Positions 53,799 through 61,504 of a stretch of 64,000 nt of DNA are shown one piece after another. The translations under genes and the position numbers were made by a program. Numbering within the stretch: the stretch's first letter is position 1; the number at the start of each line of letters is the position of its first letter. The notes below the pieces were generated by a model. That model was not told where the DNA came from and made no database searches. It saw nothing but the letters and a program-made list of their open reading frames with translations. Location of the stretch: positions 5,850-69,849 of IMG/VR virus record IMGVR_UViG_3300014043_000003. One strand, written 5' to 3'. Source of the stretch: a virus (Duplodnaviria > Heunggongvirae > Uroviricota > Caudoviricetes).

Positions 53799-54146
53799 TC
53801 AGTTGCCGAACATGTTGTCGATGTCACTGGTGGATGCCGTGGTAACTCCAACAATGTCATCAAAAGTCTCCTGGCCTTCATCGTCTCCAATTGCCTCAAG
53901 AAGCTCCTTCATGGTTGGCTTGTTCAGAATTGCAGATGGACCGGACGTGGCGTTCCAGTCCGCTTGCACAACACCAGAAGCGCCAGGGATTCCACCATGA
54001 TCTTCAAAATAGATCGCAAGCTGTTCAAGGGAGTCATTTGCACGGCTCCCGGTCGGACTATCAAGATCGTCAGTTGAGGTGATTGCATCTGCTATTCTGT
54101 CGATGAGAATTGTTTTCCGATCAAACGGGCCGGAGTAATTAGACAT
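53799..54146 (-). CDS. Hypothetical acidic protein
   Basis: 115-aa ORF. Confidence 0.4.
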   Translation of the reverse strand: MSNYSGPFDRKTILIDRIADAITSTDDLDSPTGSRANDSLEQLAIYFEDHGGIPGASGVVQADWNATSGPSAILNKPTMKELLEAIGDDEGQETFDDIVGVTTASTSDIDNMFGN

Positions 54147-54230
54147 AAGTAGCTCACCTGCCTTGTTCAGAATTTACGGCGTAAATGAAGGAGACGGTCA
54201 CTGTTGGCCGTCTCCTTCATTGTCTGTTTG

Positions 54231-54395
54231 ATTATGATTCGGATAAAGGAAGGTCCTTGGCGTCCTCACCGTCGTTTTCCAGTACAACCGTATAGCTGTA
54301 CTGACTCTTGATGACGTTCTCCGGCTTCACATGGAAATAGTCAGCAAGAATCTGCTTTATGTCGTTCGGTTCTACTACTTTCGCGTTTTTCATCT
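54231..54395 (-). CDS. Small hypothetical protein (54 aa)
   Basis: MKNAKVVEPNDIKQILADYFHVKPENV... Not in the track. Confidence 0.3.
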
Positions 54396-54412
54396 ACCGC
54401 ACGTACCTATTA

Positions 54413-54544
54413 CTCGACGATGAGATCCTCGCGACCTCTCTCAATCAGAATCTCGCGAACCTGATCTTTCAGCTTCGCCGGAACCTGAGCGAAGGTCTTG
54501 TCTCCGCTGATGACGCGGTCAGCCCACAGTTTTGCAATCATGAT
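54413..54544 (-). CDS. Small phage protein (43 aa), tandem paralogue of 54556..54687
   Basis: MIAKLWADRVISGDKTFAQVPAKLKDQVREILIERGREDLIVE versus MLAFLWANQIILGKKTFAQVPAKLKAQVREILIDAGCEDLIDE. Confidence 0.4.
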
Positions 54545-54555
54545 TTTCTTCCTCC

Positions 54556-54687
54556 TTATTCGTCAATGAGGTCTTCGCAGCCGGCGTCGATCAGTATTTC
54601 TCTGACCTGTGCCTTCAGTTTTGCAGGAACCTGTGCGAAAGTCTTCTTCCCCAGAATGATCTGATTCGCCCAAAGAAATGCAAGCAT
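54556..54687 (-). CDS. Small phage protein (43 aa), tandem paralogue
   Basis: See the previous entry. The 63-aa track ORF starts upstream, but the paralogue alignment suggests the M at 54687. Confidence 0.4.
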   Translation of the reverse strand: MLAFLWANQIILGKKTFAQVPAKLKAQVREILIDAGCEDLIDE

Positions 54688-54736
54688 TTGTTTTTCCTCC
54701 TTAGTCAAAAGTAGATTGATGATTCCAAAGCGAAGA

Positions 54737-55042
54737 TTACTCAGCATAGAGAATCTCGCTCATTTCCAGGATGCATTCCGTGAGGACTTCGTTTTCCTCA
54801 CGGAGTTCGCGAAGCGTACGCTCAAGGTCGCTCTCCTCAACAAAAGTGAACCAGTAGCGTCCGTCGATGCTGGCGCAGCGCTGTACGCTTGCATTCACGT
54901 ATACGATACTGCCGTTGTCGGTCTCCACCGTCACCTGACTGAGATCGGCGGGGAAGGTCGGCTCCACAGGGACAATCAGACTGTCGCCGTTCTGCTCCGC
55001 CGTGAGGGTTGTGCCGTTTTTGAAGATGATTCTGGCTTCCAT
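54737..55042 (-). CDS. Hypothetical protein downstream of the reverse transcriptase
   Basis: Start taken at MEARIIFKNG. It overlaps the reverse-transcriptase 3' end by about 66 bp. Confidence 0.35.
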   Translation of the reverse strand: MEARIIFKNGTTLTAEQNGDSLIVPVEPTFPADLSQVTVETDNGSIVYVNASVQRCASIDGRYWFTFVEESDLERTLRELREENEVLTECILEMSEILYAE

Positions 55043-56202
55043 TTCAATTCCTTTCCGAAGAGCTCCATATACAGACTCTTCATGTGCTTGATTTGGTCTT
55101 TTGACATGATCCTTGAAAAATCGCCCATCCATGATCGAGCCGCCTGCTCAATCTCCGGATAGGCGATCTTTCCGTTGTCCATGAGACGCTTATACGCTTT
55201 CAGTTTCCTTCTTTCGCGGGTTACTGATTGTGGATTGATCCTCCGGACAACCTGCCCTGTTTCGGTAAGACTGTACTTGATCTGTAGAAACTTGTAAGTG
55301 CCGGAGAGCTTGACGATCCTTGTCTTGCTTTCATTGATAAACAGGCCAAGAGAATCCGCTTCGGCTTTCACCCCATTGATGATGGACTTCAATTCCTCAA
55401 GGTCTTTGCAGATGATATACATGTCATCCATATACCTGCCGTAATACTTGCATCTGCGGACAATCTTCACGTAATTATCAATGGGTGTCGGAAAGAAAAC
55501 GCCGATGTCCTGCGACACCTGATCCCCTATGTCTACAGACTTCGGCATGAATTTTTCTCCCGTCCGATTCGCCTTTGGGACGTTCTTGTAGTATTCAACA
55601 GAGTTGAATTTCCGATTCATGCAGGAGGCAAATTCATTGTCGCTCATATACGATACATCGACCTCGAACGTACGGAGTATCTTGTCCATAAACCATTGGG
55701 CTTCGCTGCTGATCTTCGGATACACCTGCTCTTTGATCTTGTCATGCTGGATGTTGTCATAGAACTTTGAAAAGTCAACGAAACCAACATATCCATCATT
55801 CGTGCGGTGTTTTAACCAGAAGTTATGCAAATCCTTCTCGAACATCATTCTTGTGAAGCTGATGCCCTTTCCCTTCTGACTGGCACCGTTGTTATGAATC
55901 AGATACGGATGCAGCGCCGATGTAAGCTCGCCGTCACATAACGCATGGCGAACGACCCTGTCACGGACCTTTACGCCATGGATGTGCCTGATCTTCCCTC
56001 TCTCATTCAGAGTAAACTCGACGCCCGGAAGGGTTTCGTAGGTGCGAGATTCCATCTCATGTTTCAGCTTGACAATCTCCGACAGAAAATCCCTTTCAAA
56101 AAGCTGAGGCTCTTCTTTCCATGCGCTCCCCTTCATGGATGCAAGAAATGAATCGTAGAGCAAATTCAGATCACACAGTCTATTCTCGCTCATATTTCGC
56201 AT
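54976..56202 (-). CDS. Diversity-generating retroelement reverse transcriptase
   Basis: RT motifs ..YGRYMDDMYII.. (YxDD) and ..VDIGDQVSQDIGVFF.. (the DGR-specific I/VGxxxSQ). Strong GGAGGT ribosome-binding site. It lies directly 3' (in the minus direction) of the template repeat. Confidence 0.85.
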   Translation of the reverse strand: MRNMSENRLCDLNLLYDSFLASMKGSAWKEEPQLFERDFLSEIVKLKHEMESRTYETLPGVEFTLNERGKIRHIHGVKVRDRVVRHALCDGELTSALHPYLIHNNGASQKGKGISFTRMMFEKDLHNFWLKHRTNDGYVGFVDFSKFYDNIQHDKIKEQVYPKISSEAQWFMDKILRTFEVDVSYMSDNEFASCMNRKFNSVEYYKNVPKANRTGEKFMPKSVDIGDQVSQDIGVFFPTPIDNYVKIVRRCKYYGRYMDDMYIICKDLEELKSIINGVKAEADSLGLFINESKTRIVKLSGTYKFLQIKYSLTETGQVVRRINPQSVTRERRKLKAYKRLMDNGKIAYPEIEQAARSWMGDFSRIMSKDQIKHMKSLYMELFGKELKWKPESSSKTAQPSRRSRTATV

Positions 56203-56382
56203 ACCTCCCTCCGCGGGTTAAGCCCCGGATATTAGTTCGTCGTAACTCACTACATGAAGCAAACCGGGTATGCGCGGCTCCGCATTGCTGCGCTGTCTTT
56301 TAGCCTCCTTATCGGAGGACATGGATAATCTTTCCTTTCGGTAAAACGCCGGCCTATCTTATAGAGGACTTACTATGCGTTT

Positions 56383-56505
56383 CCAAAATCCGGACGGACG
56401 CCGATCCTTGAGTTCGAAGCGTTGTTGTAGTTGCAGTTGCCGTTGTTGTTCACATTGGCGAAGTTCGACGCGGAGACGACATCACGCAGCCACCAGTTGG
56501 CGCGT
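56383..56505 (-). repeat. DGR template repeat (TR)
   Basis: About 123 bp homologous to the 3' ends of both target genes, with a constant offset (894 bp to VR1, 1955 bp to VR2) and no indels. Nearly every TR/VR mismatch lies at a + strand T (an A on the sense strand) of the TR. The spurious ORF 56373..56651 is its translation. Confidence 0.85.
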
Positions 56506-56529
56506 TCAAAGATTACCCAAATATTAGAA

Positions 56530-57204
56530 TCATTGCTTTGTGACTTCCGCTTCCTTGCTGACCAGCAAACTTTTCTCAACCTTGGCGATTTTGCGGATAA
56601 TGTCTGCAATATTCTCGAAGATTGTGATAATGTGCTGATCCATGGAGTCAAGGATTTTTCCGGTCTTTCTGTCCTTTCGCGGCTTTATGAGCTTATTATC
56701 CGCAGAACGGACGCCCTTGTAGAGGGCGATCTGCTTATCTATCAGCTCCGCAAACCTCTCGTACTTGTTGATGTCGACCGGAAGCGTCCTGATGACGTAG
56801 TTGATCTCCTGCTTCAGAGAATAGCAAAGGCCAATCGCCTTGTTCATGTGCCATCTGCGCACAAGGAACTCCATGAGTCTCGCCGGTGTCTCAGATGGAA
56901 AAATAGAATTGCCGGACGTAAATTCTTCTTCGATCCTTCTGAGCAAATCCAGTAGGGCGCGGGCTTCCTCGTCGATAAACCATTTGTCAAATGCGTCCAG
57001 CTTTTGCTGTTTCAACGCTATAGTCTCAAGCGACTTCGGATTGTTCACGTTTGCCGCCTTGAGCTGGTCAATCTTCATCTGATATTTCTCTTTGCAGAAG
57101 CCGAAATCATTCAGAATGAGGCCGGTCACTTCATTCCGCAAGTAATAGAAATGATGGGACGCCTCGAAGCGTGATTCCTTCCTTCGGCCTTTCGGTACAC
57201 TCAT
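56530..57204 (-). CDS. DGR accessory protein candidate (in the Avd position; 224 aa, not obviously an Avd fold)
   Basis: It occupies the canonical position between the target genes and the TR. No recognisable Avd-like four-helix-bundle sequence, so the call rests on synteny only. Confidence 0.4.
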   Translation of the reverse strand: MSVPKGRRKESRFEASHHFYYLRNEVTGLILNDFGFCKEKYQMKIDQLKAANVNNPKSLETIALKQQKLDAFDKWFIDEEARALLDLLRRIEEEFTSGNSIFPSETPARLMEFLVRRWHMNKAIGLCYSLKQEINYVIRTLPVDINKYERFAELIDKQIALYKGVRSADNKLIKPRKDRKTGKILDSMDQHIITIFENIADIIRKIAKVEKSLLVSKEAEVTKQ

Positions 57205-57263
57205 GTGTGATTCTCCTTATCTCCTTGAATCCCGCCCACAAGGGGCGGAGATTCAAGATACGC

Positions 57264-58238
57264 TTACGCTTTGATACCGAAAGCCGGACGGACGCCGATC
57301 CATGAACCCGAAGCGCTGTTGTAGTCGCAGGCGCCGTGGTTGTTCACATAGGCGAAGTCCGACGCGGAGACGACATCACGCAGCCACCAGACGGCGCGGT
57401 TGCAGATGTACTGCGGCGCCAGCTTGAACAGAGGCAGTTGTCCCTTGTCTATCGTGTAGGCATTGGGAATGTTCGTGCCATGCACAACGTTGGAGAACAC
57501 ACGGCATCCATAGACCATCTGTTCATTCATCAGGTCAACTGCGCTGTCATACCAGGCGCCTGCGTTCTGATACCCGCCGGTCGTGGAGTTCGCAAAATAC
57601 TCGCGGTGAGTAAGGATGTGAGAACTTCCAAAGGCTTCTTCGATCATACCGACGGCCGTTGCCTTGCCGACATTGTCGTTGTTGCCGGTGTAGAAGTCGG
57701 ACCCGATGTACGCGCCTGTCGTGATATTCGTCTTGTTCATCGGCGCGTTGGAGCCGAGGTTCGTATCCGGGACGATAACCGCGTGGTGGGTAGTGCATTC
57801 GGTGTCGCCGCATCTGAGCCAGTAGTCAAAGGCGGCAATACGCCAGTTCTTGCCGCCGATCACCCAGTAGTCGCCGATAAAAAGATCCTCAAACGTACCG
57901 GCGCTGATCGCCGCATACTGATCGGCGGTAACGGATGTGCCAAGGTTCTTTCCACGGAACAGGCTGTTGTGAAATCCGGCGTTATTATAGTTTCCGGCGA
58001 CATTGCGAATCCTTGCTATGTCTGCAACATGCTCATTGATCGCACCGGTCAGGTTCTGGGCCGTGGTCAGGAGCGCAGCAGTACCAACGCGGGCCGCAAT
58101 TGCCTTGTTCTCGACAGGGTTCGTCGAGGTCGTGGAGAGTGCGCTGTCGATTGTGTCGATCACGCCGGTTGCCAGGTCGGTGTATGTGCCGTCCTGATTC
58201 CGTTTCTTGACCGCGCTGGGATAAAGGGTTACAGGCAT
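57264..58238 (-). CDS. DGR target protein 1: tail-fibre/receptor-binding protein with a C-terminal C-type-lectin-like variable region
   Basis: The C-terminus ..NRAVWWLRDVVSASDFAYVNNHGACDYNSASGSWIGVRPAFGIKA is encoded by VR1. It is a paralogue of 58325..59326. Confidence 0.8.
   Translation of the reverse strand: MPVTLYPSAVKKRNQDGTYTDLATGVIDTIDSALSTTSTNPVENKAIAARVGTAALLTTAQNLTGAINEHVADIARIRNVAGNYNNAGFHNSLFRGKNLGTSVTADQYAAISAGTFEDLFIGDYWVIGGKNWRIAAFDYWLRCGDTECTTHHAVIVPDTNLGSNAPMNKTNITTGAYIGSDFYTGNNDNVGKATAVGMIEEAFGSSHILTHREYFANSTTGGYQNAGAWYDSAVDLMNEQMVYGCRVFSNVVHGTNIPNAYTIDKGQLPLFKLAPQYICNRAVWWLRDVVSASDFAYVNNHGACDYNSASGSWIGVRPAFGIKA
57277..57399 (-). repeat. DGR variable repeat 1 (VR1)
   Basis: Aligned to the TR with substitutions only where the TR sense strand has A. 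An identical 18-bp GC-rich segment (CCGGACGGACGCCGATCC on the + strand) lies at the sense 3' end (IMH candidate). A conserved hairpin CCCGCCC-ACAA-GGGGCGG lies at 57231-57248, just 3' of the gene. Confidence 0.8.
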
Positions 58239-58324
58239 AAATTATCCCTCCTATTCTAATTCTATTTATGCCCCATGAAGTAGTCTGAATCCCCGCCCAC
58301 AAGGGGCGGTGATTTAAGATTCGC

Positions 58325-59326
58325 TTACGCTTTGATTCCGAAAGCCGGACGGACGCCGATCCCGGAGTACGAAGCGTAGTTGAAGTAGCAGCGGCCGTAG
58401 TTGTCCACAAGGGCGAAGCGCGACGCGGAGACGACATCACGCAGCCACCAGACGGCGCGGTTGCAGATGAACGAAGGCGCGAGCGCAAACAGCGGGAGCT
58501 GCCCTTTGTCGATGGTATAGGCATTCGGAATGTTCGTTCCGTGCATTGCATTGGAATAGACGCGACAGCCGTACACCATCTGCTCGTTCATCATATCCAC
58601 CGTGGAGTCGTACCACGCTCCAGCGCTTTGATAGCCGTTGGTCACAGCATTGGCGAAGTATTCTCTATGGCTGAGAATATGCGCAGCGCCGAAGGCACCC
58701 TCGGCCATTGCGATGCAGTCAGCCTTGGCAGTGTTCTCAGTTTCATTGGCATTGACGCCGGTGTAGAAGCCGCTGCCGACATACGCGCCGGTCGTGATGT
58801 TCGAGGTGTTCATGTAATGAGTGGTACTGCCATCGGCAACTTTCAGGTTGGAGTCTGGAACGATCACGGCATGATGCTTTGTGCATTCGGTATCTCCGCA
58901 TCTATACCAGTAATCAAAGGCCGCAATGCGCCAGTTAATGGAGTTGATCGTCCAATAGTCTCCAATGAACAGGTCTTCAAAGGTTCCGGCGTTGATTGCC
59001 GCCCACTGTTCCGCCGTAATGGTGGAGCCGAGGCTTTTCCCCCTGAAAATGCTATTATGGAAGCCTGCGGTGTCACTGTTGCCGAAGATCGCCATGAGCT
59101 CCTCAATGTCCGCTTCCTGCTCATTGATCGCTTCAGCAAGGGTTTGAGCTGTGGTATCCAGGGCCGCCGTGCCGAGCCTGTTTGTGATAACAAGGTTCTG
59201 AACGGGACTCGAACTGATTGTAGAGAACACATCGTCAACTTCGGTTACGACGGCAGGGGTAACGTCGGTGTACGTTCCGTTGTCGTTGCGTTTCTTTACA
59301 ACGCCGGGATAAAGAGTCAAAGGCAT
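58325..59326 (-). CDS. DGR target protein 2: paralogous tail-fibre/receptor-binding protein with a C-terminal variable region
   Basis: The C-terminus ..NRAVWWLRDVVSASRFALVDNYGRCYFNYASYSGIGVRPAFGIKA is encoded by VR2. Confidence 0.8.
   Translation of the reverse strand: MPLTLYPGVVKKRNDNGTYTDVTPAVVTEVDDVFSTISSSPVQNLVITNRLGTAALDTTAQTLAEAINEQEADIEELMAIFGNSDTAGFHNSIFRGKSLGSTITAEQWAAINAGTFEDLFIGDYWTINSINWRIAAFDYWYRCGDTECTKHHAVIVPDSNLKVADGSTTHYMNTSNITTGAYVGSGFYTGVNANETENTAKADCIAMAEGAFGAAHILSHREYFANAVTNGYQSAGAWYDSTVDMMNEQMVYGCRVYSNAMHGTNIPNAYTIDKGQLPLFALAPSFICNRAVWWLRDVVSASRFALVDNYGRCYFNYASYSGIGVRPAFGIKA
58338..58460 (-). repeat. DGR variable repeat 2 (VR2)
   Basis: Same relationship to the TR as VR1, with a conserved downstream hairpin CCCCGCCC-ACAA-GGGGCGG at 58291-58309. 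Confidence 0.8.
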
Positions 59327-59372
59327 AAATTATCCCTCCTTATTTCTCCATCTATGCCTTATGGATGATGTT

Positions 59373-61427
59373 TCAGGACGTACCTTCAAGGGCAGCCACT
59401 TTCGCTTCGAGCGTAGCGACTCTGTCTGCAAGAGCGAGGAGCTCCGCGTAAGTTGCCATCTCGATACCTGCCCCGGTGGTCTTGTTGATCCAGACCTGAT
59501 TGGTTGTAGCGGTCGGCTGCGTGTCAGACACGATGACCTCGCTCTCAAGCTGGTTAAGAGCGATAGCGACAGCTTTGTTCTGGACCGGGTTTGTGGACGA
59601 AGTGGACAAGGCGGAATCAACAACATTTCGTGTAGCTCCGGCCTCAATCCCGAGAAGTTTCGCCTTTTCCTCGCTTGTGTAGTCGCTGCTGGAGAGTCCC
59701 TTCCCGGAGATGGCCGTGACCTTCGTGTTGACCTCTGCCTGGAGAGCTTGCAGCTCCGCGTAGGTAGCGACAGAAGACGCCGATCCGAGTGTTTCGGCCA
59801 CCCAGAGCTGGTTCGTTGTCGCCGTGGGCTGTATGTCAGAGACAATGAGCTCACTGTCGAGCACGTCAAGGGCGGCCTTGACGACCTTGTTCTGGACAGG
59901 ATTCTCCGATGTGGTAGACAGGGAAGAATCCACCACGGTCTTGTTGGCCTCCGCTTCGATACCGGACAGCTTGTTCTTCTCTGTGGTCGTGTAGTTATTG
60001 TCCGTATGGACATAGCTGGCATCGACCGGGAAGTTGCTGTCGTTCGTGAGGTCAGAGGTCTTCGTCGGGACAGTGACATCGACCGCCTTGTTCGTGACCG
60101 TGAGCGCGGTCCCGTTGACCTTGACGGCTTCAATGACGTTCACATCCGCGCCGGAATCCACGCCGTCCAGCTTGCTCTTGTCAGATGCGCTCATGAGTCC
60201 GGCGGCCGAGGTAGTCGCTTCGGAATACGTGGTGTCCGATCCGGGGATGCCGAGTCCGGTGATGTCGCTCTTCTCGACAGCGGTTGCGGCGGTGACGTGT
60301 CCCTCGCTGTTGGTCGTGATCTTATACAGGCCGCTGGCAAAGGCCGATCCCTTGTTGGTTACGCCGTGGGCGTAGGCAGAAGCGCCGTAATCGCCGCGGA
60401 ACGCGGTGGAAGACGTGGTGCCAAGAGCGAGGTCTGACGCGATGAATACGTAAGCCGAACCGCTCCAGCGGTAGCACTTGTTCGTGGATGTATCGAGATA
60501 AATCTTGCCACTCTCGCCGGTAGCTGGAAAAGCAGACTGGCCGTTATACTCCACAATGTCGTCCACGTAGGACGGGAGCTGGCTGGACGGAACCTTGCCG
60601 TTCGCATCGAGCTCCGCAAGACCGTTCGCCGCACCCTTGAGGCTTGTGTCGAGCTTGCCGCTGATGTCCTGATGGGCGGTGATAACGGTGCCGAGATCCA
60701 CGACGCCGCTTGTGCCCTTGGAAGCTCCGTTCATGGTGATGCCGGTGATCGTGCCGGTATTGCCTGTGTAGCCCTTGTTCTCTATGGCCGCGTCCAGCAC
60801 AGCCGCGGAGATCAGCTTTGCCTCTGTAGCTGTCCCTGCCTCGGCCTCGGCTTCGGTCATCCCGGAATAGGTGGTGTCGGTCTCAGGCGGCGTATATCCG
60901 AGGGCGTCTGTGACGTTCTTCTTGGTCAGCTCGCCGCGGATATCTGCGGAGGACTTGTCCTCTACATTGCCAAGGCCGATATTGCCCTTGGTGATGTTGA
61001 CGTTTCCGGTCCTATAGCTTTCTTCGGCGCTGCCTTTGACGCCTGTGATGCTGTTGACCTGAGCGCCGCTGGCGATACCTGCGAGCTTGTCCTTTTCTAC
61101 CGTGGTGTAGTTGTTGTCTGTGTGGACATAGTTTGCGTCCGACACATAGTTGCCGTCGTTCGTCAGGTCGCTCAGCTTGGTGGGCACCGTGACGTTAACG
61201 GACTTCGACGCGACAGGCAAAGCGGTTCCATTGACGGCGACAGACTCAATGACGTTGACCTGAGCGCCGCTGGCGATATTGCCGAGCTTGGTCTTCTCAT
61301 CTGTCGTGTAGTCGTTTGTGGACAAGCCCTTTCCGGACTCTTTATCCACCTTGCCGTTCAGCAGAGTCTTGATCTTCCCGAGGAAATACCCGAGTTTCTC
61401 AAGGTCCACTAAATTGTGAAATGCCAT
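59373..61427 (-). CDS. Tail fibre protein with repeated K-L-x-G-I-x-x-G-A-Q-V-N modules
   Basis: 684 aa with repeated ..KLGNIASGAQVNVIESV.. and ..KLAGIASGAQVNSITGV.. units. Gly/Ser/Thr/Asn-rich, fibre-like. Confidence 0.65.
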   Translation of the reverse strand: MAFHNLVDLEKLGYFLGKIKTLLNGKVDKESGKGLSTNDYTTDEKTKLGNIASGAQVNVIESVAVNGTALPVASKSVNVTVPTKLSDLTNDGNYVSDANYVHTDNNYTTVEKDKLAGIASGAQVNSITGVKGSAEESYRTGNVNITKGNIGLGNVEDKSSADIRGELTKKNVTDALGYTPPETDTTYSGMTEAEAEAGTATEAKLISAAVLDAAIENKGYTGNTGTITGITMNGASKGTSGVVDLGTVITAHQDISGKLDTSLKGAANGLAELDANGKVPSSQLPSYVDDIVEYNGQSAFPATGESGKIYLDTSTNKCYRWSGSAYVFIASDLALGTTSSTAFRGDYGASAYAHGVTNKGSAFASGLYKITTNSEGHVTAATAVEKSDITGLGIPGSDTTYSEATTSAAGLMSASDKSKLDGVDSGADVNVIEAVKVNGTALTVTNKAVDVTVPTKTSDLTNDSNFPVDASYVHTDNNYTTTEKNKLSGIEAEANKTVVDSSLSTTSENPVQNKVVKAALDVLDSELIVSDIQPTATTNQLWVAETLGSASSVATYAELQALQAEVNTKVTAISGKGLSSSDYTSEEKAKLLGIEAGATRNVVDSALSTSSTNPVQNKAVAIALNQLESEVIVSDTQPTATTNQVWINKTTGAGIEMATYAELLALADRVATLEAKVAALEGTS

Positions 61428-61504
61428 AGTTCATCCCCCCTGAAAAAAGTGAGGGCACATACCCCAAAATGGGGTATGCACCCTCGCGGATGTTTGATAA
61501 ATGC

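Noticed and set aside
54976-56202. Retron or group II intron reverse transcriptase
   Set aside because: The presence of a TR/VR pair with adenine-specific mismatches and the IGxxxSQ motif identifies it as a DGR reverse transcriptase. No intron RNA domains or retron msr/msd-like inverted repeats were seen.
56373-56651. 92-aa minus-strand ORF ending ..WWLRDVVSASNFANVNNNGNCNYNNASNSRIGVRPDFGNA
   Set aside because: This is the DGR template repeat read in the VR frame (hence the Asn-rich AAC codons). The TR is non-coding.
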